Shown here: piece by piece, positions 39,069 to 56,600 of the stretch | Layout: the number at the start of each line of letters is the position of its first letter | Position numbering within the stretch: position 1 is the stretch's first letter | Source of the DNA: Daphnia carinata | Taxonomy: Eukaryota | Direction of reading: 5' to 3' | NCBI RefSeq assembly: GCF_022539665.2 | Contig: NC_081331.1 | Coordinates: 10,788,001-10,852,000 of the forward strand | DNA: 64,000 nt | The notes under the pieces: model-generated | The model's input: the letters and a program-made list of their open reading frames with translations, nothing else | Database searches by the model: none | What the model was told of the DNA's origin: nothing | Made by a program: the position numbers and the translations under genes

Positions 39069-40003
39069 ATCGGTGATTGGAATAAGCGACGTCTACAAGA
39101 AACAACAAGACCATAGCTCTTCTCTACCCAAATTCCCTTCACTTTTTGAACCCCTTGGAGAAACTCGCACGCTGTACGGATAAATCTTGCATTTGTCAAG
39201 GCAGTGACACCGGCGCCCAACATATTGTAAAATGAGACTACAGACTGAATGTGTTTTGCATATAGAAACACTCCGTATACAACACGAATTTCCAGTTTAC
39301 TGAAAACGAAAGGAGAGAAAACTGTCATCTCCAGTTTAGAGCTGTGTCGCGATTACGTGGCACCGGATTGTTTATTCTTCAGTTTTCATAATTAGTGGAT
39401 TGTGCGCATTTTCACCCTGTTAAAATTCGTCAAATTTGCGAGTGAAAGAACCTAGGTTTTTCTTTGAATTAACTCAGTCACGATTTATTTGACTTGGCCC
39501 ATGTAAAATGTGTATCTTTTTGATTAGTGGTGAAGTTAACTATCGTTTCCCCTTTACCTATTACGATTTTTTTTTCTATTATTATTATTATTATTATTTA
39601 TTTTTTTATTTTAAAGAAAAAATCGCTTCACTGGGTAAATTTTGATGCAGCCGAGGCTAACTCTCCCATTTTTCTTAGAAATCAAGCTACCGAAAATAAA
39701 AAGTAGTGGTGATTGGAATGAGGGGTTAATTAATAAGGGAAATTAATAACGCGTAGAGCCTCACGATTTCCGTTGAACTTTCTTTTTATCTAACCCCTTC
39801 CGTTGTTGAAATTAGTAAGAGAAAACAAATTATCGAGTCGTGTCGGTCTCTAACCAGATCAGTTTATATGAGTGTGTTCCGTTGAAGCAAGGAGCGGGGG
39901 AAAAAAATACAACTGTGAATTTGTCAATTCATTGTAGGCTACGCATTTGTTTCACACTAGGTTACCATGGACACCTGAAACTGTTGATACCTCTGTTAGT
40001 GGG

Positions 40004-41049
40004 ATGGCTTATCCGGTTGCAAATTTCAACGATCAGTTACGAAGTGATTTTTATCGCTATTTGACATTGGACTTGAGTACACATTTGCGTAAGTAATCGC
40101 TTTAAACCAAAATCTGTAATATCTTTTACCTCTGTTTTTCTACCCATTACAATAGAGTCAATACAAGGGATAGTCGATTTGAAATTGGACGAGAAATATG
40201 GCTGCGAGACACTCGCTTTGCTACATTGGGAGCAGTTACATTCCATTTTATTGCCCGACGAGGTTAAAAATTTTTACTTAGCTTCCAACGGATTTGAATT
40301 TACTTGGAAATTTCGCATAGCTGGTGGGTAAAGTGAAAAGTTCATTTGGAAAAAAAAAATGCGTTTTTTGTTGAATTACTGTAATCAACGTTCTGTTCAG
40401 ATCACAATTATCCTGTAGGAAAAATGCACATCAACGTACTGACGGAGTTGTGCCCGGTCAATGAGCCTTTTAAAAGCCCTGATAAATATGATGGAATTAC
40501 GCGTTTGTTTGTAATTGATACCAATTTTTCTCAAGGTAAACCCGCTCGAAACGAAAAAGAAATTAAGAAAATGTCAGATTATGAGATTGTTGTACTGAAA
40601 TAGGAAGTGTCGTTCTGCTGATAACGAAAGGCACGATGAACAGCTCAGTTCATTACCTGAGTAGTCAAGGGCAATTGCACCAAATAGCAGATAGTCTAAC
40701 TGCGTATCTCCGTCTTATGTTACTCTACATGGGTTTGCCTGACTGGCCTCTTGTCCACCTGAAAATGGAACTGTCATACTGGAACAAAGTATCAACGACT
40801 TTCATGAACTTTACTATTAACAAGACGTGGGGCTTGTAGTTTCCATTCAGGCTTTACTTTTCTTCGATTCCATTTGTAATATTGTATTATTAATGTTAAC
40901 TTTAATTTTTATTACAGCAATTATATGCATACTTCGCACCATACCTTTCCCATCCCAACTGGAAATCAGAGGAAACGGAAAATCAGACCGCTTATCCAGT
41001 CAACGTGCTCGATAAGAGCATTTTTAAAGCAAATAAAACACCAAGGTAA
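40004..41049 (+). CDS. TPGS2: Tubulin polyglutamylase complex subunit 2-like (SMI1/KNR4 fold), 5 exons
   Basis: MAYPVANF...YRYLTLDLSTHL|QSIQGIVDLKLDEK...LHWEQLHSILLPDEVKNFYLASNGFEFTWK|...|LHQIADSLTAYLRLMLLYMGLPDWPL|QLYAYFAP...VNVLDKSIFKANKTPR*; follows TPGS2 motifs (WEQ....P.DVKNFY...NGF..TW; TAYYRLL..HLGLPQW). Confidence 0.85.
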
Positions 41050-41500
41050 TTATTTGTAAACGTGGACGAAGGACGTAGCAATAAACTGGATATCGCCATA
41101 ACTCTCCCCAATCGCAGACCGGTATATTTGATTTACGCTTAATGAAGAGGAGCAGGACGATTGGTTGTTTTCATAAAAAACCGTTGCATAAATATTTAAC
41201 ATCAAAATCCATTGACCGTCTGCGCAGACACCAGTATTTAGGCATTAGTTTAGACCATATCCGCAAGTGCGCAGTAGGCCACTGGGTTTGTAGGGGGAAA
41301 GGAGGGAGGAACTGTGCTACAATGAACATCGTAGCCCGAGATATGTGTGTGTTGCGTAGTGATAACACGTTGTTCTAGATTGCGTAGTACAGATTCACGC
41401 AGTTAGATGGCATAGGCAGTAAGCACAGCAAAATGGAGGTTATTGTTGTCTCCCTCGACAGTTTGTTTAATTAACGCAACTAAAAAATCGGATTTACAGG

Positions 41501-42267
41501 ATGATTACAGTGATGGACGGACATAAAAACTTAAACCATGTAGACGATCACTGCCTAGATTTCCAAAACGTGACTATCCCGTCAGGTACGTAACTAAGAG
41601 TATTTATTCATTACGCCTAAAGCTTGGCTTTGCGTATTTTTGCGCGTCTCGTAGTTTGTTTACTTTATTATTGTTTATATATACTATGTATAGATATGTA
41701 TGTTTTCCTAAATCTTTCTCCTGAAACTACAGGAAGCACTTACATTCCCGGTTCAGATCCTTGTGTATTATGTCTTTGTGAACATGGAAAGAACCTTTGG
41801 TGTCAAGCTGTTCGCTGTGCAGCATCAGAGGTAACATTTTCTGTTACCTTCACTAATTTTCAATAATTAATCTCTTATCTTGGTAAATTTTCCAGGATTG
41901 CTTGTTCTACACAACAGGAAAATCCTGCTGTGAATTCATATGCATGGATAGAGTTGTGGAAGGTCAGTTTGATGAAAAACATTAAGCTTTATGTGAAAAC
42001 ACAAGAACTAATGTTATTATTGGCATCTAGTCATATGTGGGTTCTGTTTACTCTCCCTTTTGATGATTGGTGTATTTGTTTATTACCTACACAAGAAAAA
42101 CCGTAAAATGGCAACAGGTGACAGTTCTGTGAAAAAACAACTTTGTCATATCTCATCCATACAATAACTATTTATGCAAAACTTTAGGCATATCGCTGAA
42201 CAAGTCCGACGCAGATGTCGCGTTAGTCGACCACTCGTCCATCTACGACAAGAAAGTGAAAATATAA
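41501..42267 (+). CDS. Small DGCR2/IDD-like VWC-domain single-pass membrane protein (diverged paralog)
   Basis: Five short exons: HCLDFQNVTIPSG|STYIPGSDPCVLCLCEHGKNLWCQAVRCAASE|DCLFYTTGKSCCEFICMD...|TM ICGFCLLSLLMIGVFVYYL-HKKNRK|...SSIYDKKVKI*; 5' end uncertain. Confidence 0.75.
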
Positions 42268-43697
42268 TCGATGTGTTAAATAATTAAGTTTGCATGAATC
42301 TCGTTCCCGTTAATTTTGAATATTTTAAGCCAATCTATTACTCGATAATTATTATAATCATTATGATTGTCCTATTATACTATTTATCACGTTTCTAGAA
42401 AAATACGGTCTCTGTATCCTTCTGTTGGGCGTATTGTGTTCCTTAGGGAATAACGACGATATGAAGAGCGTCAAATGGTGTGTAGCTCCGTTATTATATA
42501 TCCGTTTTCAATAAACTTCGTATAGCTAGATTTGGGGTTACTGCTTTAATATTTTAGGCGTTACGAAATACGAGACCCAAAAATATAATACACCCACCAC
42601 TGAAAGCGTGAAAGGATAAACTTTCTTCGAACATCGGCTTCAAAGGTCGGAGGCAAAGTAAATGTAGACACCACTGAAAATGGTCTGGTGCGTATTGTTT
42701 ACATCTAGTACGCAGCCATAAAATTTTGCCAAGCTTGGCACGCACCTTTACGGCGCCGAACTAAAAACAAACAAACAAACAAAATGAATAAACGGAAACG
42801 GTTTTAGTCTGTATGAAAAAATCATATGACTTGTATGTGATATCTATCCTATCATTCTGATCCCACTACCAGCAATCCTCATACTTGGTCAAAAAAGAAT
42901 ATCTAAAATGTAAAAAAAAAAGTTATTATATAAGAGCACAATATGTATGACATAATTAATTAGTATGAGGGAGAAGAAAACATCGATCTACTAACGCCGG
43001 AACCATGGCTACAGGCATCTTAGAAAGAAACAAACAATACAAGTGTGTAAAAAAGTTGGTTTTGCCTTTTTCGAGGGAAGGTTTGAATTTTTAGATCTAG
43101 AAACGTGTTTATTGCCTTTGCATTCCTTTCCATCTTCGTATACAAAAAGTTTGATGGCTTTATGGGGTAAAAAAACATTGCCATAGAGCCATACTCATGA
43201 CCAACCCACGACTTCCTGTGGTGTAGATCTAGCATCTGTACCATCTAGGTGGCAGGTCAGTCGTCAGGTCTTGCATTTGTTTATCTACCCAGTTCCATTT
43301 CTTAATAGGCAGTGTCAGTCGTTTTAGTTAGCTGAACGCTGCGTTATACTCGTGTTTATCTGGATTCTACCTGTCGTACGATAAAGTGTTCTTATCGAAG
43401 TGCTTGCTATCACCGCCAAAAATAATTTTTGGATTTTTTCTTTCGCACGAGGCCGTTTATTTACAAGATAGGGCACCTTAACACTCTATATGGCTTTGTT
43501 ACTATCTGGCTTTTCAAAGTCAAGTTCCCGAGTCGACCTGCTATTTGAAAACTGGATAAATTGACAAACAGGAAAATATTGTTATCCTATTTTTTTCGTG
43601 ACTTGACGTGACGCGATTCCCAGGTAAACTGCTTTGCCAATTAATTCATAGAGGAAACTAGTGGTTTTAATAAATATTCACACACAACAACTTTAGA

Positions 43698-45198
43698 ATG
43701 CCTGGTGAAAGGTTCCTAGTTGCCACTCCTGATAGCTCACAGGAAGATGAAATTGGTATTTTTGGAGAAAGCTGCCAAGATATTAATGGAAGGACAATCA
43801 CTGGTGGGAATCATTATGTTCCAGGTCCTGATTCATGTACAGTCTGTCTGTGTGATGGAGGAAAACCAAAATGGTGCCAGGCTGTTTTGTGTGCTGCTCC
43901 AAAGGTATCTGTGACCAAGGCGATTAGAATTGGAAATTTTATATAAAATAATATAAGACTAACTTTTGCCTAACAACATTCTTTAATATTCAACTCTTCT
44001 GTACAACTATTTTCCAGGATTGCAAATCCTTCAGAATTGGTAGTTCTTGTTGTGAATTTATTTGCTTGGATAACTCAGATGGAGTAAACGATGAAGGGTC
44101 AACTGATGTTACCTGGGGTGATGAAAATTGGGTTGGGGGTGACTTAGGATTGCGTTTAGTAGCCACAGCAGTCACTGCTGTACTTTCCCTGGCTCTTCTA
44201 GTTTTCCTTTTTTATCGTTTAAAAAGACGACGCGCACGGAGGCACTCAGGTAATTAAAATGATTGATTTCTAGACTTTTAAAATATTTTTCAAAGCAAAA
44301 TGTTATGTCTACCACATTAGCCTGCCATGAGATGGAAGGGGACACAATTCCATCTAGTAGCATAGTGAGTTATGACCATGGAGACCTGACAAGCAGTACT
44401 GGGCATTTGAGCAGGTAGTGTAATTAGGCATGCCTTACACATGAATCCATCTCCAATTAATGACTCATTACTCTCAAAAAGGCAACCCCAGCCACTGATA
44501 AATCTTGGGGAGCATCAATCTCCATTGTGTGTGATGTGGAAGCTACCTAGTTCATCTGCCACAGATTATCCGCCACCATACTCTGAAAATCCAATGAACC
44601 GTCTAACAATTGAAGATCATGAAACGATTCGTGAAACAACAAGTGAACAAATGCAAAGAAAGCATAATCGGTGACATTATTTAAACACTATATATTTATA
44701 GGTCTTTTGGCTGTTCCATCGGCCCCGTCAAATGATTTGATGAACGACGTGCCGATCAGTCAGGTGTCGTTGGTGCGACGGAGCAATGATACATTAGATT
44801 CCGGCGATTTTTTGGAAGCTGGTACTCCTCCGCCTAGCTATGCCGAAGTACTTGCCTCTATTTCCACTCCAGCTATAAACGAGATCGAAGAAAACTTCTC
44901 ACCAGTCAGAGGTAAGATCAGTTTTTTAAGCCTAGAAAACGATACAATCGTTCAATTTTATACAATCTTAACAGAAGACGAGGACGTGCTTCCTTCTGCT
45001 CAATGGAGGAACAGTTTGAACCTACCAAGAGAACGTTCCCCAGCCGAAGTTGCCATCCAACGATTCAGCCTACAACTTGCCCTGGACTGCTCAGACACAA
45101 GCAGTTGCACAAGCAGTTCGAGCCACGTCCAGCCTGGGACTTTGAGCACTTCTTCCTCTTCATCTGCCACGTCAATTGTCCATCTTGGCTCCCATTGA
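43698..45198 (+). CDS. DGCR2/IDD-like VWC-domain membrane protein with cytoplasmic PPxY motifs
   Basis: SCQDINGRTITGGNHYVPGPDSCTVCLCDGGKPKWCQAVLCAAPK|DCKSFRIGSSCCEFICLD; TM LVATAVTAVLSLALLVFLFY followed by RLKRRRARR; tail with PPPY and PPSY. Confidence 0.85.
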
Positions 45199-46072
45199 TT
45201 TTGTCTACTAATCTTATAGCAGCATCAAGTATCTACCTAACGCAGAATTTAGTAAAACAAAAAGAAAATCAGCTATTCAGTCTAGAAGATCTCGTTCGAC
45301 TGTTCGATATATTGATTCTGCTCTCGTTGTGTCTCCTTTTACTCGCTTCTCTTTTTTACTTGACTTTGTGGGGCTTCTCCATGTATTTTCTTTTCAACTG
45401 CCTTCACATAGTTAACCTTTGATTGTCATTTAAGTAATTATCTACTTGAAAATTTTTCATTAATTATGATTTATAAGGTTTTCTTTTCCGAAACATTGTT
45501 GACTGATATTCGTTACAACGTTTCGATTATGTAAAGGAAGTACGTAGAATAGGGATTCGAAAATAGCAGTCATCTATTGATGCGCACAGACGTCATTAAT
45601 AATCCTCGTGGCAATCCCGCCGGTGACGGTAGGTGCTTGTAGAGCAGATTTCTCGTGCTATTTAATCACGCCCCTAATTTCAAATTTGTAATGGTAGTCT
45701 ACTGTCGACCACTTTCGAACAAATAAATAAATTGACTTGAAGCGTATATTGTTTTGTTTTTTTTATTTTTATTTTTTTTTTTTTACTTTCGTTTTCATTT
45801 AAGATGGTTTGTAAGCGCTTGTAACCGAAGCTTTTTTGTCGCTTCGTCGCAATCGATGAGTCACGTGACTTTGACCAGCTGATTTTCATCAATTCTCCGC
45901 GGACGACTTGTCGTCAGTCAGTTTGTCTGCTCTCCTGTTCTTGTTCTGTGCTTTGTGTGTTGGGCGTGAAGATTACATTTTTCGTAAAATTGGTGCAATA
46001 TTAAAATCAGAAAAGTTGTCGAAGCTACGAAAAGTTTTATCATCGTAAAGTAAAAAGATATGAAAAGTTTGT

Positions 46073-50220
<4,148 letters not shown>

Positions 50221-53200
50221 ACTGCCGCTCATCTATTGGAAAGGGATTGGTTGCACGTATTTTTTTTTTGGTTGTTTTTTGTTTTTTTTGTTTTTTTTTC
50301 CTGTAGAGTTTTTTTTCTGGTTTCAATTAATATTCTCCTTCCCTCTCACTGTAAGATGTGTAAGGTCATTCATTCCACCGATGGTTCGTATCGTATAGTC
50401 GATTTCTACCCCTTTTGCCCCGCACGATGCTGTTTGTTTCCGATTCCTAGGGCTGGCTCATCCTTCCCCCTTCCTTGGGTAGTGTACAGTTGGTATTTTT
50501 TTTTTCCCCCTATCTCTCTTTTTTTTCCTATCTTTTTCTCTTCTTCTGCCTCTCTCTCTTTCTCTTTAAAAAAAAAAACAAACAAAACGTTTAACTCCGA
50601 CATGCGTGCTCATGTGTGTCCAATGAGCAGAGCGTATGGAGTTTCATTCTGGGGTTTCGACTTCTGCCATTTCGAGCATCACCTAAGAGTTGAAACGAAG
50701 AAGGAAGCATTTCCATTCTTTTTTTTCTATTTTCCATCCAACCCGTGTTTGGTACTATTGATGCAATATTATTAATCACGTCACCTAATTTTGGCCCGCT
50801 CGCGTCGACGCAACCCCGACATTTGCCCGCGTGCATTGTTTTTTTTTGTTTTTTTTTTCTTTCCGGCCTAGTTTGTCGCGGCTATTCTACGCAGTGTGAT
50901 ACATATTATTATACAGTATACCCTCTTCATTATTATTATAATTTTTTAAATCTACTTCCTTCCCGGTCAACGAAACAAACAAAAATAATTAAAAAGATTC
51001 ATATTCACATCATTTTTACATTCTGTTTTTCTTTGGGTTTTTTTCTCCCTTACGTTTTTGCAGCAATAACAGCCCTTTCCGACTTTTTATGCGTTCGTAA
51101 GAAGATTTAAAAAAAAAAAAAAAAAAAAAAAATCTTCCCAAATCAATACATGAGAGCTATTTACTCAATATGTAATGGCGCTCGGCCCATTTACTTTCTT
51201 CGGAAAGGATTCTATTGACGGCTAATGGAGCACAAAAAAGAAACGGTTGAATATAAAGAATACCAAATTCAAGCAGCTAAACGAAACCGTGCCATTAATA
51301 TGCTTCCATCTTCTTTTGAAGTACCATATGGCTGCCACTTGCGTTAAAAACGATGGGGTTTGGGACCTTTTCTCTTCTTTTTTTTTTCAGTTCGCTTTTG
51401 TAATTGAAGACGATCTAGTTCTATATTGTCTGATTTGTACCACTTCCCCTGGGCTTGTTCATTCTCATTTTAGGTCTCAAACCATGTGTGCGTATCCGAA
51501 AAATTATTTCTTTGAATGCTTAATTATGTAAGTTTACAGTCAAAGATTTTCTAGGTTACACTTGAGGTGAGTAGTTGATGGGTCAGTTAAAATCCAATTG
51601 TACATAATATCAGTCAAGGATACGACAAATCGTGCGCGATGCCCAGGTCTCTACCTTAAAAGTAGGTGAGTCCAGCAAAGACGCACATTTTCGTATCCAA
51701 TTTGCACGATAGTGTACATCAACGTACATTTGCGCTTCACGCTTTCGTTTACCTCCGTGAGTAAGACGTGCGTACGATTTATCATTTCGAATCTTTTCAC
51801 AACTGTTGAAACTCATTATGACATGGAATGTGTTTGATTAATTGATTAAAAAGAACTTGAGTTTCAGCATTTTCCAGTCTAGAAAATTGAAAAGTACACT
51901 GCATAAAGCTGGCGCTGGATTCCTGCTGCATGCCTGGATGCCTGACACCTATAAATGATACGCATTGAGTCGGAACTCATTTTGAAATTACTCCAAAGGA
52001 ACTGCGACCGCAATGATACCGGAAACGAAACGCTCCATCGTGTCGGACTTAACACGGTTTCCGCAGTCTGTTTCACCCAATCAAGCATCGCATTGACTTT
52101 TCGTGATCGCATCGGCTGTAAAAAATGGTAATAAAACATACTCAAAAGCGTTGTTTTAAACTAGATAAGTGATTACTTTCTCATTGACAGGGAGAAAGGT
52201 TGCAATGGTCTTCTTCATTCTTTTACAAGACCTTTATAATTCCAAAGCTTGGCGATTGTCGGAATGATCAAATGTCGAACGCCGTCATTATTGCCACCCA
52301 ACGGATGCATATTTTACTCATCTAGGTGAAACACATCATGAAAAAAATATCAAGAAACTATAATATTGTGTTTTTGTGTGTTTGTCAGGAAATGTTTTTC
52401 CAGAGATGGTGTGCGCACTGGAAACCTGTCCGTTATGGAAACAAACTTGTTACACAAGACGCCAATGTGGGATCTGTGCGTGAGTCCTCGTACGCAACCA
52501 GCCATCACTGTTACACCCTACGATGCGTACAGACAAAAAAAAAAAAAACCTTACCTCGAGATTATTTTTTTTTTTTGCCTTTGGAACCACAGAGAAAAAA
52601 AAATCAAATCAAGAAAAATTTTAATGAGAAATTGCAGATCTGAAAAGTAGAGCATTGCTAATGGGTGATCACGACTATCAAAGAAGATGCCATACCGTGT
52701 AACGGTAGTAGACCAGTAGTCGCGACCAGTCGTCGTCTTCGTTCCCCCCGTGGTCGTGAAAACCGATCGAGAAAGAAAACGAGAATAACGAGATTGTGAT
52801 CCCAGCCGTTGAGCTTCCGCTTCATCAGATGTTTTGGAATTCGGCTGGGCCGAACAGGCTGACGGTGGCCGTCATTTTATTCGTCTTCTTCTTCCTATTT
52901 GAGAAAACTGTTATGCGTTCCAAGTGGAGGCCATCAAAGTCGGAAGATAATAGCGGACGCAATGAGCACGGATTACGTAGAGGCTGCAATGAAAAAAAAA
53001 AAAAAATAGAGAAGATTATGAGAAGAAGAAAAAAAAATTCACATCCCGGTGTTACTGGAACCTCGTCCGCTTTTTTTTCCCGTCATTCGCCGAAAAAAAA
53101 AATGATTTCGCCGGCATTTCGGTAAAAAACCCAAAATGAAAAATCTGCGTTATGTCTTGTGGAGAGGCGAAGAAGAACTCAGGGAAGAGAAGACAAGAAG

Positions 53201-53380
53201 AAAATTTGAAGTAAAACTGTTCCTGGTCACGTGCCACTGGTGAGTGGGAAAAATGAAAAACGAAGAAGCAGAGACAGAAAAAAAAGAAGAAGAAGAAAGG
53301 AGAGAATCAGGTAAAGCAGATGCGTAGACAGAAGAGAAGGTACGAACGTACCTGCACACCAACTAGCGGGGCGCGGGCCA

Positions 53381-53416
53381 TATATAAAAGCCACTACGGT
53401 TCCTGTACGGTCATTC
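53381..53416 (+). promoter_or_regulatory. TATA box and initiator of the Skeletor-like gene
   Basis: TATATAAAAG at 53381-53390 with TCATT about 30 nt downstream (53411), upstream of ATG 53679. Confidence 0.65.
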
Positions 53417-53678
53417 CACTTTTGACAGTGGGGCCGAGTGGAGCTCAAGTCAAGAAAAAGAAAGAAAAAAAAAAAACGTAATAATAATCAAAAGGAAAAT
53501 TCAAAAATTTAAATATTGAAAAAAAAAAACGTTTTATATTTTTATTTTACCAATAGTGCTTTATTATCTGAGACGATAACGTTGGAAAAAAGTGAAACAC
53601 GGCCGACAAAGCAACAGCAAGAAGACGTCCACATTCTTTTTTTGGCCAGTAAGAAAATCCTCAGAGATCGGTCCGACA

Positions 53679-56600
53679 ATGGGGAACTCTTCGATTGCCT
53701 GTATGCTGGTCCTTCTCATCGCTGGTGAGTCAAACATGCACTCTTTTATTGAAACCAAATAATTATTAAGCACACACGAATAGCGTATGGTGTGCTAAAT
53801 AAATATTTCGGTTCCTCATTTTTTTTTTTTTTTTTAAGCGGTAGCTCTAAGAATTGAACATTTCGATCGGATAGGAAAATTAAGAGCTTTACTGTGTATT
53901 GAAAAAGAGATTGTGCGGGACGAGATGACTCGTCGAAATAACGGAAGCGATGGGACGTGTCCAATCGCCGATATGCGCACGTCGTTTAAATGCACGAACG
54001 TGAAAAGTAACAGTAAAGACATGTAATGCATTACTTTGCTAAGTGTGCATGGATCTGTAACCCGCCTTCGTTACAAACTCGATGGGGAAAGATGCGAGAA
54101 AAAAAAAAGGCTTAATTGTATTGAGCTACCACCAAGTCAGATGGTTGAGGGAAAGGTTTGAATAACAGCAAAATCAGACACAATACAAGACGAATGAGGA
54201 AAAGAAAAAGTAAAATTCTTTTTCGTCGTAATTGTTTTCACGCAGTACGCGCAAGGTTGCTGACATGCATTTTTGTTTTTTTTATAAGCCCCTATCTAAC
54301 GTTTGGATGGAAACAGACGGGCTCGCAAAGCCACTGCCCATCGCAAACAGATGGCCTTTCAGTTTCGGTTTCACACGAGATGTGGCTCGCCCGCCGGTGG
54401 ACAACGGCCTAACGGAAATCCGTCGCAACAGGGGGGGGGGGTAGTGAAGGTGGTCTTCCGTGTTACAATCGAGAGAGTTTGAGAAAGAAAAAGAAACTGA
54501 TTAAGCTTTTTGGGAGTAGGAAAGAAATAATCTTGCGTTGATTACGACTCTTGAATATGTAGGTTAACGGCTCTCTGCTCTGTGAGCTTGCAGGTGCCCG
54601 TCCCGGCTGTACGAACAAAAGCGATATTGCCTGTTTTTTTTTTGTTTTTTTTCCATAGGAAGTTAACATTTGTGTACGTTATCAAAGCATCAGACGAAGC
54701 ATGTTAAAGTGTAGGGAAGAGCTTCCTCTCTCCCTCCCCACTCAGAAACCATCTGGGAAGAGTTTAGAAGGGATGTTTCTTTTAACGTAAGAAAAAATAC
54801 CAGCAGAAGGTGCTGCGGGATGTTACACGCGCACGCTATAAGGTTTAGAGAAACAGCGTTCTCGTTAACCTAACGGTATAACAAGGTATTTGCTGAAGAA
54901 GGATAGCGCCGATGGTTGAACCTGGAAGGAATAGGGTGGTGGAGCACTGACCGGAACGGATTTTAAGGTTTTCTTCAGGGTTTTTTTTTTTTTTTTTTTT
55001 TTTCTTTAACACTATTTTTTGTTGTTGTTGTTATCTAGTTGGGGAGGGGAGATGTGATGCTAAGGGGTTACCTGTACCAAATCATAAGCCGTAAAATATT
55101 TTTAAGTCCTACTTGGATATGGCCCTGGTATTCAATCTCCCCACTCTCTTAGTTCTATAGTAGAAGATTTATAGGTAAAAAAAATTATTTTGTGCGGCTT
55201 TGAAAATTGCGAAGTGGAGCACAACCTTGCGCAATCATAAAACGAAAACAACTTTGTTTCTTTTTATTCACGAAATTGCGTTGGCAATTGCCGTAGTTGG
55301 TATGAGAATGAGGAATGACGACACCATTTTTCTTTCGCTAAGTGTAAAGATCCTATAGAAAGAAAAATAGGGCGAAAGATTTATACATTCAATCCCCCCC
55401 CCCCCCTCTGCTCTGTAACACTAAAAGTGCCGTTATGTTTAGGTGCTTAGTTAGATTCCTCTTTCTCTTTTTTTTTTGTCGACCCCGCGGCTGGCTTAGC
55501 TTCGCCCTTTTTTTTTCCATTTCTATATGATTTTGTAATGTCCGTCTCTTTTCTCTCGCACGTTTTTTTTTTTATTTTTCCCTTTTTAATCAAAAGAAAA
55601 GTAAATAGAAAACAATTTCCCGTGCTTGTTTTGATTATTAAAACCCAGCAAGAAACAAATAAAACGTGTGTCGAGGAATTAGAAGGGAGTGCGCGCACAC
55701 ATTTCTTATTGCCAAACGACAAACTGTTAAAATTGCTGTCGCGCTGTGTTGTTGCAACTACCGGTTGCAACATAACGGTGATAATCTTTCTTGAAAAGAT
55801 TAAAGAAAAAAAAAAAAACAGTAGGGACAGGCTCTGTGTACTTCCTCACTCGTCGCCATTCTCAGGCAATACTAGTGGTTGTTCTATGTAAAGGGATATC
55901 TCAAGCCGCTATACGGAGATCGAAAAACAGATGTTATCGGCGAAATTGGCCTTTAATACGGAAGTCAGCTGTGTTCTTTCTTCTTCTTTTTTTTTTCGGA
56001 TAATAAAACATGGGGACAAGAGCAAACGAGACAAAAAAAAAAAAAAGGAACAACTAACGTGTAACGATAATAACTGTCGAGGAATTCACACGCTATCACT
56101 TTCTTTATCGTACACGCTGTTCAAGTGAACATTCCGCTTCGGGAATACATTTTTTAAAAAGAAATTAAGAAAAACGCAACGGGTTGCCGCAGCTCACCGT
56201 TATTGCAACATTAAATGAAATTTTACTATTTCATTTATATGTATAGTTACCGAACCGCCGTATTCCAATGGATCGCAAACTTCATTCAGGTCTGTAATGC
56301 CAAAGCAAACGGCTGGTCGTCAACGAATAACTGAAACGGTGAATTTAACCAATTCCCGCCCGCCAAAAAAAAAAAAAAAAAAAAAGAAAAAGAAAACCCG
56401 ACCAAGAGAAACGGAACGGATTCAATGAAAAATTGATGGACCGGATGATGATGAAACAGGATTTACAGGCTCACGGATCGTGAAACAGCAAAGTGACCAA
56501 TTGGAATATGTCGGTCATCACAACGACAATAGTACGCTGTTATATACATTTTTATACCGAAAGAAAGAAACAAAACTTGAGCAGGGTTTTTGTAGCAATC

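Noticed and set aside
38776..39183. 135-aa ORF in the last RNF126 exon
   Set aside because: Alternative frame of the Ser-rich terminal exon; the spliced frame ends at 39068.
51610..52230. Possible small spliced gene on the minus strand (MKKTIATFLPVNEK|PMRSRKVNAMLDWVK...)
   Set aside because: One plausible splice junction but no homology and no consistent downstream model.
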